NCBI GenBank assembly: GCA_016777305.1
Contig: JADHRR010000003.1
Span: forward strand, 856-64,855
Source of the DNA: Flavobacteriaceae bacterium
GTDB lineage: Bacteria; Bacteroidota; Bacteroidia; Flavobacteriales; Flavobacteriaceae
Direction: 5' to 3'
DNA: 64,000 nt
Made by a program: the position numbers and the translations under genes. Below the pieces are notes generated by a model. It did not search any database, was not told the origin of the DNA, and saw nothing but the letters and a program-made list of their open reading frames with translations. This document shows positions 8,723 to 19,262 of this stretch, piece by piece (positions within the stretch are counted from its first letter, which is position 1; every line of letters begins with the position of its first letter).

Positions 8723-9836
8723 TTATTTCTTTTGTATATGTACATCTAGTCTTGTATGTTACTGGACTAAAATTTTTCCAAAGATTACTTATAGCAGTGT
8801 TATCTTTTAGTTCAGGAGTTCTTATACATTCTTTGATCCCTTTATTTTTTAATGTTTTTAAAAGTGAATCGAAAAGTACTGCAGTAACTCCTTTGTTTTG
8901 ATAATCAGGATGCACACCAATTAAAAAAAGAGTAACATTTTTTGGAAATAATTTTGCATATAGTAAATGAAATAACCCAAATGGGTATAGTTTTCCATTT
9001 GCTCTTTGTAATGGTTTCGCAAAAGATGGCATTATAACAGCAAAGCCGATTAGTTTTCCATTACTGTCTAAAGTGAATTTTATAAACTCAGGATTTATAA
9101 ATGAAATAAATTTCTCTTTCATGTATTTTATTTGCTTTTCATTTATTGGTATAAATGAAGATAATTGAGAGTAGGAGATGTTAAACAAATAAAACATTTC
9201 ATCTATATAACTTAAAACTTTTTTGGTGCTATTGAAATTAATTGATTCAAGCGAATATCTTTTCTTTATAATTGTGGCCATTTTTGAATAATATTCAGTG
9301 TCAATATTATCAAAATCAAATTTGTTTTCCAGAAACTCTTTACCAATTCTAAAATTTAACTTCTCAAAATGATCTTTATAGTATGGGTAATTATACCAGG
9401 TTATCATTGTGCTTATCTCATCATAACCACTTGTTAATACACCAACTTTGTCTAAATTAGAAAAGCCTATTGGCCCCTCAATAATATCAAGTTTATTTTT
9501 TTTTCCAATCATTTTAACTTCATTAATAAGAGCTTTTGTGACTTTAATATCATCAATAGCGTCAAACCAACCAAATCTAATTTTTCTTATCTTTTGACTA
9601 TTTACCTCATACCAGTTAATTATTGCAGCAATTCTTCCAATGATTAAACTATCCTTAACTGCTAAAAATAAATTTAAATCACAGCTATCAAGATTTGGAT
9701 TAATTCCGTGTGTAAAATTGTTGATTTCTTCACTTATAATAGGGGGGACCCATTGTTTTGAGTTCTTATATAAATCAAATGGAAACTTTACAAACTCAGT
9801 TAACTGTATTTTATTATTAACTTTTATTATTTTCAT
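8709..9836 (-). CDS. two-domain GNAT-fold acyltransferase-like protein of unknown substrate
   Basis: 375 aa. The C-terminal part has the acyl-CoA-binding GNAT signature LIGVHPDYQNKGVTAVL. The N-terminus FVKFPFDLYKNSKQWVPP is typical of a Bacteroidota GNAT-like family. Its 3' end overlaps the convergent gene by 14 nt. Confidence 0.6.
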   Translation of the reverse strand: MKIIKVNNKIQLTEFVKFPFDLYKNSKQWVPPIISEEINNFTHGINPNLDSCDLNLFLAVKDSLIIGRIAAIINWYEVNSQKIRKIRFGWFDAIDDIKVTKALINEVKMIGKKNKLDIIEGPIGFSNLDKVGVLTSGYDEISTMITWYNYPYYKDHFEKLNFRIGKEFLENKFDFDNIDTEYYSKMATIIKKRYSLESINFNSTKKVLSYIDEMFYLFNISYSQLSSFIPINEKQIKYMKEKFISFINPEFIKFTLDSNGKLIGFAVIMPSFAKPLQRANGKLYPFGLFHLLYAKLFPKNVTLFLIGVHPDYQNKGVTAVLFDSLLKTLKNKGIKECIRTPELKDNTAISNLWKNFSPVTYKTRCTYTKEITSLE

Positions 9837-10711
9837 TTTATAAGAACTTTATCTTTGTGAAAATCAAATCGGTAGCTTAACCCAAATGATATTTTTCCAA
9901 CCCTTGGTGTTTCTTTATTGTTGGTTGTATATGAAGCATCAATTTGAAAGTTTTTATTGAAAAGATATGCAGCACCAAAACTGAATAGATTGTCTGCATA
10001 AAAATCACTTTTTATTCCCTGTGTTTCCAAAAATATTGCCCAATTTACATTTATAGCTTTAGTTAATGTAAATATATATTCAAAGTCACTCTGATTTGAT
10101 CCAATTCTGTCAAGTAAAATATTAGCTACGAATACAGTATTATTTTTAAAATTATTTTGTGTGGCTATTAGTATATATGGACTTATACCATTTATTCCAT
10201 TTGCAGTGAATGGATTCATTTTAGAATCAATATTTACTCCTGACATTACAGCTAGAGCAGGTAAAAGTGATCTCCATTTAAATTTTTGATTTGCCCTATA
10301 ACTATAGACATTTGGGCTATCGTCATAATTCTTGTATGGATCATATACTAAATATTTAAATCCAATTTTAAATTCTTTAATATTTTTTCTGGCTAATTCA
10401 TTTGTAGGGTTATATCTGTAATCATAAAAAATATCTGTTTGGTAACTACCTAAGCATATAAATTCTAATTCTTCTTCAAGAAAACCATACCTAAGTGAAA
10501 AATCAATACTGTAGCCGATAAATTTATTATTAAGTAATTTATGTTTCTGCTTTAAAAAATTAGTACTAGTTTCTACTTGTATTACATCAGTTCCTACAGA
10601 GAAAGCACTAAAAGATTCGCCAGGCTTATTACTGTTTATGACGTCTGTATATTGACCAATTATTAAATTTGGAAATATTGCTAATAATATTAATAACAGA
10701 GTTTTAGTCAT
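9833..10711 (-). CDS. putative outer-membrane beta-barrel protein
   Basis: Signal peptide MTKTLLLILLAIFPNLIIGQ. The body shows alternating hydrophobic/aromatic strands and a C-terminal region with SFGLSYRF, as in barrel proteins. It overlaps the downstream GNAT gene by 4 nt. Confidence 0.55.
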   Translation of the reverse strand: MTKTLLLILLAIFPNLIIGQYTDVINSNKPGESFSAFSVGTDVIQVETSTNFLKQKHKLLNNKFIGYSIDFSLRYGFLEEELEFICLGSYQTDIFYDYRYNPTNELARKNIKEFKIGFKYLVYDPYKNYDDSPNVYSYRANQKFKWRSLLPALAVMSGVNIDSKMNPFTANGINGISPYILIATQNNFKNNTVFVANILLDRIGSNQSDFEYIFTLTKAINVNWAIFLETQGIKSDFYADNLFSFGAAYLFNKNFQIDASYTTNNKETPRVGKISFGLSYRFDFHKDKVLIK

Positions 10712-10727
10712 ATTAAATCAATTTATT

Positions 10728-10735
10728 CAAATATA
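10728..10735 (-). promoter_or_regulatory. candidate -7 box (TATATTTG) for the barrel/GNAT operon
   Basis: The minus strand reads TATATTTG. Its G is 16 nt upstream of ATG 10711. Confidence 0.4.
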
Positions 10736-10778
10736 TAATTTTTATTATTTTATTAACTTTATTATTCTACAATAATTG

Positions 10779-10786
10779 TATTTTTG
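10779..10786 (+). promoter_or_regulatory. candidate -7 box (TATTTTTG) for the DUF4834-YfhO-GT-flippase operon
   Basis: Matches TAnnTTTG. Only 5 nt (AACTT) separate its G from ATG 10792, which implies a very short or absent leader. Confidence 0.4.
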
Positions 10787-10791
10787 AACTT

Positions 10792-11037
10792 ATGGGAATA
10801 TTATATTTTTTATTATGGTCTTATCTGATTTATCGTATTTTAGGTTTCTTAATGAAACTTGCGGCTCCTTTTTTATTTAGACATGTGTCTAATAAAATGA
10901 ATGATAATTTTAGTCAAAATAAAAGAAATAGTTATAAGAAAAACGAAGGTGAAGTAAGTATTGATAAAATGCCGAAAAGAAATAAAGAATCAAATAACAA
11001 CATTGGTGATTATGTCGATTATGAAGAACTTGAATAG
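10792..11037 (+). CDS. small membrane protein, DUF4834-like
   Basis: 81 aa with one N-terminal TM helix (ILYFLLWSYLIYRILGFLMKL). The tail is basic and ends in an acidic GDYVDYEELE, the pattern I associate with DUF4834. Confidence 0.6.
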   Translation: MGILYFLLWSYLIYRILGFLMKLAAPFLFRHVSNKMNDNFSQNKRNSYKKNEGEVSIDKMPKRNKESNNNIGDYVDYEELE

Positions 11038-13435
11038 TATTTCTGTGTATCTAAAAAATAACGCACACCACTTTTTAGTATTTATTTTATTTGTTATTAT
11101 ATCTATTTCTTATTTTTCACCCATTTTGAAGGGGGAAAAAATTTATCAAAATGATATAGTTCAATATACTGGAATGTCCAAAGAACAAAATGATTTTAGA
11201 AATCTAAATGATTCTGAAACCTATTGGACTGATAGTGCTTTTTCGGGAATGCCGACCTATTTACTCGGAGCAAAATACCCTCATAATTACATCAAAAGGA
11301 TTGATCTTTTTTTAAGGTTTTTACCCAGACCGGCTGATTATTTATTACTATATCTAATCAACTTTTATGTTTTTTTACTTGTTCTAAAAATGGATTATAA
11401 GTTAGCGTTTTTAGGATCAGTATTTTTTGCCTTCTCTACCTATTTAATTATTATAATTGGTGCTGGTCATAATTCTAAAGCACATGCCATAGCTTATATG
11501 CCTTTAGTTTTAGCAGGTATAATTTTAGTATTTAATAAGAGTTATTACACTGGGTTTTTTTTAACCACCTTAGCTTTGGGACTTGAAATTTGTGCAAATC
11601 ATTTTCAAATGACCTATTACTTAATGTTTATTGTTGTTTTACTAGGTCTTTATTATCTCTTTAATTTCTATAAGAGAAAGTTATTGAAAGAATATTTTAA
11701 ATCAATAGCTATATTATTTTCAGCTTTATTTTTTTCAATAGCACTTAATGCAAGTACTATTATGAGTACTTATGAGTATTCAAAACAAAGTACAAGAGGA
11801 TTAAATGAAATAACTATTAGCCCAGACGGAAATCAGATTCATTCCGATGGTTTGGATTATGATTACATTACAGAATATAGTTATGGTTTTTTTGAGAGTA
11901 TAAATTTATTTATTCCGCGAGTAATTGGAGGTGGAAGTGTCGAAAAACTTGATTCTGATTCAGAATCTTTTAAATATTTTAAATCTATTGGGGCTAATAC
12001 AATTCAAGCTAGAGATGCTATTGAGTTTAGTCCTACTTATTGGGGTAGTCAGCCAATAGTTGAAGCTCCAGCTTATATTGGAATAGTAGTTTTCTTTTTA
12101 TTTATTTTATCAATCTTTTTAGTTTCTAATAGAAATAAGTATTGGTTACTTAGTTCAATTATAATTTCTCTATTATTATCTTATGGGAAAAATCTTTCAT
12201 TTTTAACAGATATTTTTATTGACTATTTCCCTTTCTATAATAAATTTAGAGCTGTAAGTTCAATACAAGTTATTTTAGAACTCTGTGTTCCCGTTTTAGC
12301 TATATATTCACTACATACAATAATTTATAAAAATATAACTACAAAAGAGCTTAAATATGCTTTAAATAAGACATTGGCTGTATTTGTTATTCTAGTTATT
12401 GGTCTATATTTCTCAATTGATTTATTTGACTTTAGTGGGGTAAACGATTCACTTTATGTAAATGCATATGGTCCTGGATATTTAGATGCATTAAAACTAG
12501 ATAGAATTATATTGTTTAAATCAGATTTATTTAGAACTTTTACTTATGTTATTTTATCTTTTTTAATATTAAGCTCTTATCGAAAAAAAATTATTTCATC
12601 TAATTTATTAATTATTCTTTTTTTAATTATTGGTTCGTATGATTTAGTTGGATTTAATCACAATTACGTAAATTCTGATAATTTTGTTAAATCTAAAAAT
12701 GTTGAAGTCCCTTATAAAGCTAACAAAGCGGATGTTTCAATATTAAACGATAAATCTAAATTTAGAGTTCTTGATTTGACTAGTAACTCAACAAAAGCGT
12801 CTTATTTTCATAATTCAGTTTTAGGATATCATGCTGCTAAACTTTCTAATTATGATGCTCTTTTAAAATTTTACATCTCAAAAAATCATATGCCTGTTTT
12901 AAATATGCTTAATGTCAAGTATTTTATTAGCAAAAATGACAATGATGAATTCGAAGCTTATGTTAACGAAGATGCTAACGGTAATGCTTGGTTTGTAGAA
13001 AATATTTACAAAGTAGATTCTCAAAATGAAGCTATTTTATCCCTTGATTCATTAAATTTAAATAAAAGTGTTGTTTCGACTAAGATTAAAAGTCAAAAAT
13101 TTAAAATTCTTGATAATTCAACTATTAACTTAGTTGAATTTAAATCCAATTATTTAAAGTATACCGCTTCTAATAATGAAGATGGTTATGCTGTTTTTTC
13201 AGAAATATTTTACCCCTATGGTTGGAAAGTTTACGTTAACGGCACAGAAACTAACTTTGACAATGTTAATGTAGCTTTAAGAGGGTTGTATTTAAATAAA
13301 GGTAATAATACAATTGAATGTTACTTTAGTCCTGATGTTGTGAATAAATCTTCTTATGTTAGCTTAGGAAGTTCACTTTTGCTATTCTTGCTCATGATGT
13401 CATCATTGTTTTATAATATTAAAAATAGAAGCTGA
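11021..13435 (+). CDS. YfhO-family polytopic membrane protein (GT-C-like glycosyltransferase)
   Basis: About 800 aa with many TM helices and a large C-terminal extracytoplasmic domain. The N-terminal region GEKIYQNDIVQYTGMSKE..YWTDSAFSGMP is typical of YfhO. I prefer ATG 11021 (MKNLNSISVYL) over the track start at 10961, which lies inside the DUF4834 coding sequence. Confidence 0.75.
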   Translation: MKNLNSISVYLKNNAHHFLVFILFVIISISYFSPILKGEKIYQNDIVQYTGMSKEQNDFRNLNDSETYWTDSAFSGMPTYLLGAKYPHNYIKRIDLFLRFLPRPADYLLLYLINFYVFLLVLKMDYKLAFLGSVFFAFSTYLIIIIGAGHNSKAHAIAYMPLVLAGIILVFNKSYYTGFFLTTLALGLEICANHFQMTYYLMFIVVLLGLYYLFNFYKRKLLKEYFKSIAILFSALFFSIALNASTIMSTYEYSKQSTRGLNEITISPDGNQIHSDGLDYDYITEYSYGFFESINLFIPRVIGGGSVEKLDSDSESFKYFKSIGANTIQARDAIEFSPTYWGSQPIVEAPAYIGIVVFFLFILSIFLVSNRNKYWLLSSIIISLLLSYGKNLSFLTDIFIDYFPFYNKFRAVSSIQVILELCVPVLAIYSLHTIIYKNITTKELKYALNKTLAVFVILVIGLYFSIDLFDFSGVNDSLYVNAYGPGYLDALKLDRIILFKSDLFRTFTYVILSFLILSSYRKKIISSNLLIILFLIIGSYDLVGFNHNYVNSDNFVKSKNVEVPYKANKADVSILNDKSKFRVLDLTSNSTKASYFHNSVLGYHAAKLSNYDALLKFYISKNHMPVLNMLNVKYFISKNDNDEFEAYVNEDANGNAWFVENIYKVDSQNEAILSLDSLNLNKSVVSTKIKSQKFKILDNSTINLVEFKSNYLKYTASNNEDGYAVFSEIFYPYGWKVYVNGTETNFDNVNVALRGLYLNKGNNTIECYFSPDVVNKSSYVSLGSSLLLFLLMMSSLFYNIKNRS

Positions 13436-13440
13436 ATAAA

Positions 13441-14724
13441 TTGAAAAATAAAGTATTGATTATAACTTATTATTGGCCACCATATTCCGGTCCTGGTGTG
13501 CAAAGATGGTTAAAATTTGTAAAGTATTTTAGTCAATTTAATATAATGCCTTCTGTGTATACTCCACAAATTTCAGATATAAACCAATTAGATAAATCAT
13601 TAACAATAGATATTCCCGCAAATGTTGATATAATTAAAAAACCAATTTTTTTATTTGATAAAATATTCAAATTACTTTTACCCAAACATTATGCTAATTA
13701 CAATAAAGGCTTTATTCCTTCTGATGAAAAACTCTCAATTATTGATAAGATATTACTTTTTGTAAGAGGTAATTTTTTTATTCCAGACCCAAAGTTGTTT
13801 TGGGCTAAAAATTCTGTCAACTTTCTAAAGAATTACATAATTTCAAATAAAATTGATACAATAATTACTACGGGTCCACCTCATAGTATGCATCTTTTAG
13901 GGAAAAGATTAAAAAGTTTAACTAAAGTTAAATGGTTAGCTGATTTTAGAGACCCTTGGACAAACATTTGGTATAATAAAAAGTTTTTTTTTACAAAATC
14001 AACTTTAAATAAGCATAAAAAATTAGAAAAAAATGTTCTAAATGAAGCTGATCATATAATTGTCACATCTAACCGATTAAATATTGAGTATAGTAAATTA
14101 ACCAATAAACCTATTTCAACAATAACAAATGGTTTTGATCATTTTAATTATGATGATTTTAATTTAGATACTAAATTTTCTATTTCACACATTGGTACTA
14201 TGTTGTCTGATAGAAACCCTTATTTATTGTGGAAAGTTTTAAGTAGATTAATAAATGAAGTAAATGATTTAAAACACTATCTACAATTGAACTTAGTTGG
14301 TAATGTAAGTGTTGAGGTGAAACAATTAATTAAAAAACACTCTTTAGATCCTTATGTTCAATATATAGGTCATATTAGCTATGATCAAACAAGTAAATAT
14401 TTGAAAAATTCTCAAATATTGTTATTAATTCAAACTAATAAAGTAGAATCAAATTATATTATACCCGCTAAATTGTTTGAATATTTGAATTCAAATAGAC
14501 CAATTATTTCAATTTCAAATAACGATGATGTCGAGAGTATTATAAATGATACTAACGTTGGTTTTAATTTTAAATATGATCAAGAAATTGAACTTTATAA
14601 TTGTATTTTGAATTATTTTGAAAAATTTAAAGCCGATGGTATTAGAATTTTTCCAAATAATACTAATAAATATAATAGAATTGAATTAACCAGATCTATT
14701 TCAAATATTATAAAAAATCTATAA
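13441..14724 (+). CDS. glycosyltransferase (GT4/GT1-like)
   Basis: The N-terminus MKNKVLIITYYWPPYSGPGVQRW is typical of GT-B glycosyltransferases. The start codon is TTG, and there is no in-frame ATG between the upstream stop and this conserved N-terminus. Confidence 0.7.
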   Translation: MKNKVLIITYYWPPYSGPGVQRWLKFVKYFSQFNIMPSVYTPQISDINQLDKSLTIDIPANVDIIKKPIFLFDKIFKLLLPKHYANYNKGFIPSDEKLSIIDKILLFVRGNFFIPDPKLFWAKNSVNFLKNYIISNKIDTIITTGPPHSMHLLGKRLKSLTKVKWLADFRDPWTNIWYNKKFFFTKSTLNKHKKLEKNVLNEADHIIVTSNRLNIEYSKLTNKPISTITNGFDHFNYDDFNLDTKFSISHIGTMLSDRNPYLLWKVLSRLINEVNDLKHYLQLNLVGNVSVEVKQLIKKHSLDPYVQYIGHISYDQTSKYLKNSQILLLIQTNKVESNYIIPAKLFEYLNSNRPIISISNNDDVESIINDTNVGFNFKYDQEIELYNCILNYFEKFKADGIRIFPNNTNKYNRIELTRSISNIIKNL

Positions 14725-16205
14725 TGGGAATAGTAATTAAGCAATCTATTAATAATACAATTACAACATATATTGGATTTGTTTTAGGTGCTATTAATGT
14801 ATTATTTTTATATACCTATTTTTTGTCGGATGAATATCATGGATTACTAGCTTTTATTATTTCAACAGCAACTATAATGCTTCCATTTATTTCTCTCGGA
14901 ACTCATAATGCAATAATTAAATTTTACTCTTCATATTCCAAGAAAACTGATAAAGATTCTTTTATAAGCGTTATGTTGATTGTTCCCTTACTAAGTGTAA
15001 TAATTTTAACTGCTATAGGCATTACTTCAATGGATTTTATAAAATTAATATTACCTACAAATCAATTTTTAACAGAAACGAATATTTGGGTAATAATAGT
15101 TACTGCTATCAGTTTTGCATATTTCGAAGTTTTTTATTCATTGGTTAAAGTTAAATTAATTTCAGTATTTGGGAATTTTTTAAAAGAAATCTTCCATAGA
15201 TTATTAATTTCAATTTTACTCATATTTATATATTTTGAATTAATTAATGAACAAGAATTCATTTTAAGTGTTTTGTCTATTTATGTGTTTAGAACTTTGA
15301 TTATGATGATTTATGCAATTAGATATAATTCTTTTGTTTTTAAGATTACAATGCCAAACAATTCTTTTTTAATTTTTAAATATTTACTTATCATCTGTCT
15401 CGCCGGAGCAGTTGCAAATATTGTTTTAGAAATTGATAAATTTATGATAGCTCAATATTTGGATATATCTAAAGTTGCTTATTATTCTGTTGCAATATAT
15501 ATATCTACTTTAATTACAGTTCCTAGAAGATCTCTATTTCAAATAGCTAATCCTTTAAGCGCTAAACTATTAAATGATAAAAAGTTTACTGAATTAGGAG
15601 TCTTGTATAGAAAATCTAGTTTAAATCTATTAATTGTTTGCGGTCTTGTTTTTCTTCTAATTGTTTTTAATTTAAATGATATTTATTCTTTTATTCCAGA
15701 AAATTACAAACAGGGCTACAATATTGTATTAATTATTTCCTTTACTAAAATTTATAATGCTTTTTTAGGAAATGTTGATGGAATTATATTTAATAGTATT
15801 TACTACAGTAAAATAGTTTTTTTAGGAGTTTTAATAACTATTGCTACAGTTTATTTAAATTACTTATTAATTCCTTTATATGGCCTTGAAGGCGCTGCTA
15901 TTTCATCATTTTTAGCCATTTGTTTGTATAATTCAATAAAAGTATACACTGTTTATTTGAAATTTAATCTACATCCAGTAACTAAGAACTCCTTCAAAAT
16001 TGGATTAATTATTTTACTAGGTTTTTTAACTTCATTTTATTTTGAATTAGACTTTTCTAATTACTTAAATATTATAGTCAAAACTTTATTTGTAAGTATT
16101 ATTTATACATTTATTATTCTTTATTTTAATGTATCGGTTGATATAAAAAATCTTTATAACAAATACATTTTTAAATTAAAAAACCTTGCAAACACAAAGA
16201 TGTGA
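14724..16205 (+). CDS. polysaccharide/oligosaccharide flippase (Wzx/MOP superfamily)
   Basis: 493 aa with about 12-14 TM helices. The ATG overlaps the upstream TAA (TAATG). Confidence 0.7.
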   Translation: MGIVIKQSINNTITTYIGFVLGAINVLFLYTYFLSDEYHGLLAFIISTATIMLPFISLGTHNAIIKFYSSYSKKTDKDSFISVMLIVPLLSVIILTAIGITSMDFIKLILPTNQFLTETNIWVIIVTAISFAYFEVFYSLVKVKLISVFGNFLKEIFHRLLISILLIFIYFELINEQEFILSVLSIYVFRTLIMMIYAIRYNSFVFKITMPNNSFLIFKYLLIICLAGAVANIVLEIDKFMIAQYLDISKVAYYSVAIYISTLITVPRRSLFQIANPLSAKLLNDKKFTELGVLYRKSSLNLLIVCGLVFLLIVFNLNDIYSFIPENYKQGYNIVLIISFTKIYNAFLGNVDGIIFNSIYYSKIVFLGVLITIATVYLNYLLIPLYGLEGAAISSFLAICLYNSIKVYTVYLKFNLHPVTKNSFKIGLIILLGFLTSFYFELDFSNYLNIIVKTLFVSIIYTFIILYFNVSVDIKNLYNKYIFKLKNLANTKM

Positions 16206-16218
16206 TTTTGCAAGGTTT
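16181..16218. terminator. stem-loop at the convergent junction of the flippase and uvrA genes (possible bidirectional terminator)
   Basis: AAACCTTGCAAA (16181..16192) pairs perfectly with TTTGCAAGGTTT (16207..16218). An inner CACA/TGTG pairing lies around an AAGA loop. On the minus strand a T-rich run (TTTAATTT) follows the hairpin. The flippase stop codon lies inside the structure. Confidence 0.45.
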
Positions 16219-16283
16219 CTAACTAACTATCTAATAAATTAAACTAACTTTTTTATACAATACAAAGAGCGTGCCAAAGTCTT

Positions 16284-19052
16284 TTATTTTAAATATTCTT
16301 TTAAATATTTAGCAGTAACTGATTTTTTATTTGAGATTAAATCTTCTGGGCTACCTTCAGCAATTATATGACCACCCATTTCTCCACCAACTGGGCCTAA
16401 ATCAATAATATAGTCTGAGCATTTAATTAATTCTAAATTATGTTCAACAACAATTATTGTATTTCCAATATCTATCAATGAATTAAATGATTTTAACAGC
16501 TTTTTAATGTCATCTGTATGTAATCCTGTTGTTGGCTCATCAAATATAAAGACTCCTCTTTTTTTATTATTTGCCTTTCCTAGAAAATAAGCTAACTTTA
16601 TTCTTTGAGCTTCTCCTCCAGACAGAGTAGAGGAGCTTTGACCTAACTTAACATAGCCTAAACCTACATCTTTTAGAGGTAGTAATTTTTTATATATTTT
16701 CATTTCTTCAGCTCCATCAAAAAAATACAATGCTTCATTAACAGTCATATTTAAAATATCAAAAATATTTTTATTTGAATATTTAATATCTAAAATCTCT
16801 TTTTTAAATCTTCTTCCTTTACATTGATCACATAATAAGTGTATATCCGCCATGAATTGCATTTCTATTGTTATTTCTCCATCTCCCTTACATTTATCAC
16901 ATCTTCCACCGTCAACATTGAAAGAAAAATGTTTTGGTTTATATAATCTTTGTTTACTTAGATTATGTTTTGAATAAAGATTTCTAATGTCATCATATGC
17001 TTTAATGTAGGTTACGGGATTTGACCTTGATGATCTTCCAATTGGATTTTGATTAATAAATTCAACGAAATCTATTTTTTTTAAATCTCCACCAATTTTC
17101 GTGAATTCACCTGGTTTGTTCTCATAAATTCCTAATTCATTTTGTAATGCTGGGTATAAAATGTTTTTTACTAATGAGCTTTTTCCACATCCTGACACTC
17201 CTGTAATTGCTGTGACTATTCCTAGAGGTATATTTATATTTATGTTTTTTAAATTATTTTCTCTTGCTCCAATAATTTTGATAAATTCTTTACTTTTTTT
17301 TCTGATTTTGGGTATTGATATTTCTACCTTTCCATTTAAATATTTAGCAGTTATAGAGTCCTGTTTTAAGAAATCTTTATAATTACCACAAGCAACTAAT
17401 TCACCGCCCTGTGATCCTGCTTTTGGACCTATATCAATTATATGGTCTGCCTGTTTCATTATATCATGATCATGTTCGACAACTATAACTGTGTTACCTA
17501 GATCTCGTAAAGATTTTAAAACTTTTATTAACCTAATTGTATCATTAGAATGTAATCCAATGCTCGGTTCGTCTAAAATATATAGAGACCCTACAAGACT
17601 ACTGCCTAAAGATGTTGCTATATTAATTCTTTGACTTTCACCTCCAGATAAACTTTTTGATTTTCTATTTAAGGTTAAATAATCTAAACCAACATTAGAA
17701 AGATGTTCTAATCTAGCTTTAATTTCTATCAGTATTCTCTTGGAAATTTGTTTTTCAGAATCTGTTAAATTTATTTTTTTAAAAAATAATAATAATTTTT
17801 TTATAGATAGATTAATTAACTCTGATAGTGATTTGTTATCAATTTTGACAAAATCTGCTTCCTTCCTTAGTCTATTGCCTTTACATTGAGTGCAAAGTGT
17901 TTTCCCACGATATCTAGACAATAGAACTCTATTTTGTATTTTATAAGATTTTGATTCAATTTTGTTAAAAAAAGCATTTATTCCTTTGAAATACTCATTT
18001 CCATCAAATAGTAAGTTCTTTTGACCTTCAGAAAGTTCATGATAAGGTTTATGAATTGGAAAATTAAACTTATGACTATTTTTAATAAAATCATTTTTAT
18101 ATTTACTTAATTTTTGTCCTTTCCATGGAAGAATTGCATCCTCATAAACAGAAAGCTCTTTGTTTTTTATAACTAGGTTTTTGTCAATTCCAACTATATC
18201 TCCATACCCCTCGCATTTAGGACAAGCACCGTAAGGATTATTAAAACTAAAAATATTAGTTGAAGGTTCTAAGAAAATTTGACCATCTAATTCAAATCTC
18301 GTGTTAAATTGATGAGACTTATTATTTTCTAAATCTTCAATAATACAAACTCCATTACCCTCAAAAATTGAAACCTCTATTGCATCAGCAAGTCTATTAT
18401 AAAAAGATTCATCATTTACAGTGATTATTCTGTCAACGACTAGAAAAAAATCATTGGAATCTTTATAATTAAAATTATCAATTTTATCTACTACATTATT
18501 ATATTTAATACGACTATATCCTTGATTTTTTAGTAAATCTAACTTTTCATTAAAATCATTTTTGTTATTACATTCAATTGGAGATAATAAAAGTAATTTT
18601 TGATTAATTTTAAGTTTTTTAATAAAAGATATAATATCTGTAACAGTATCTTTTTTTACTCTTTTATTTGAAATTGGGGAGAAAGTTATTCCAATTCTTG
18701 AATATAAAAGTTTTAAATAATCATAAATCTCAGTACTTGTTCCTACTGTTGATCTAGGATTAGTGGTGTTAACTTTTTGTTCAATAGCAATTGCAGGGGA
18801 AATTCCTGAAATATAATCTACTTTTGGTTTATCCAATTTTCCTAAGAATTGCCTGGCGTAACTTGATAGACTTTCGACATACTTTCTTTGTCCTTCTGCG
18901 TACAAGGTATCAAAAGCTAATGATGATTTTCCAGAACCGGAAAGTCCAGTGATTACAGTTAATTTATTTCTAGGAATTTCAACATCAATATTTTTTAAAT
19001 TATGAAGTTTTGCACCCTTAATAAAAATATTTTTATAGCTTTTATTCTTCAC
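16284..19052 (-). CDS. uvrA: excinuclease ABC subunit A
   Basis: 922 aa with two ABC modules ([28 protein letters not shown] and [11 protein letters not shown]), signatures LSGGESQR and LSGGEAQR, and CxxC zinc motifs. Confidence 0.9.
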   Translation of the reverse strand: MKNKSYKNIFIKGAKLHNLKNIDVEIPRNKLTVITGLSGSGKSSLAFDTLYAEGQRKYVESLSSYARQFLGKLDKPKVDYISGISPAIAIEQKVNTTNPRSTVGTSTEIYDYLKLLYSRIGITFSPISNKRVKKDTVTDIISFIKKLKINQKLLLLSPIECNNKNDFNEKLDLLKNQGYSRIKYNNVVDKIDNFNYKDSNDFFLVVDRIITVNDESFYNRLADAIEVSIFEGNGVCIIEDLENNKSHQFNTRFELDGQIFLEPSTNIFSFNNPYGACPKCEGYGDIVGIDKNLVIKNKELSVYEDAILPWKGQKLSKYKNDFIKNSHKFNFPIHKPYHELSEGQKNLLFDGNEYFKGINAFFNKIESKSYKIQNRVLLSRYRGKTLCTQCKGNRLRKEADFVKIDNKSLSELINLSIKKLLLFFKKINLTDSEKQISKRILIEIKARLEHLSNVGLDYLTLNRKSKSLSGGESQRINIATSLGSSLVGSLYILDEPSIGLHSNDTIRLIKVLKSLRDLGNTVIVVEHDHDIMKQADHIIDIGPKAGSQGGELVACGNYKDFLKQDSITAKYLNGKVEISIPKIRKKSKEFIKIIGARENNLKNININIPLGIVTAITGVSGCGKSSLVKNILYPALQNELGIYENKPGEFTKIGGDLKKIDFVEFINQNPIGRSSRSNPVTYIKAYDDIRNLYSKHNLSKQRLYKPKHFSFNVDGGRCDKCKGDGEITIEMQFMADIHLLCDQCKGRRFKKEILDIKYSNKNIFDILNMTVNEALYFFDGAEEMKIYKKLLPLKDVGLGYVKLGQSSSTLSGGEAQRIKLAYFLGKANNKKRGVFIFDEPTTGLHTDDIKKLLKSFNSLIDIGNTIIVVEHNLELIKCSDYIIDLGPVGGEMGGHIIAEGSPEDLISNKKSVTAKYLKEYLK

Positions 19053-19156
19053 GTTTTTTAAAAAAATATAGAAAAGTAAATATAATATTAATTACATTTA
19101 TCTGAAGATAATGACTAGTTTTTTATTAGTTTTTTTGGAAATTAAACCAATAAGAC

Positions 19157-19164
19157 TATATTTG
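19157..19164 (+). promoter_or_regulatory. candidate -7 box (TATATTTG) upstream of the ECF sigma factor gene
   Basis: Matches TAnnTTTG. Its G is about 98 nt upstream of ATG 19263. Confidence 0.3.
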
Positions 19165-19262
19165 ATTATAATTATTAATAATAACTACGCCTATAGAATA
19201 ACATTACTTTTTTAAATTTTATTTTAAATAATTCACATTTTTTTGTGACTAAATGTAATGTT

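Noticed and set aside
10961-11020. Upstream extension of the YfhO ORF (track start 10961)
   Set aside because: The extension lies inside the DUF4834 coding sequence in another frame. ATG 11021 gives a sensible N-terminus (MKNLNSISVYL..) just before the first TM helix.
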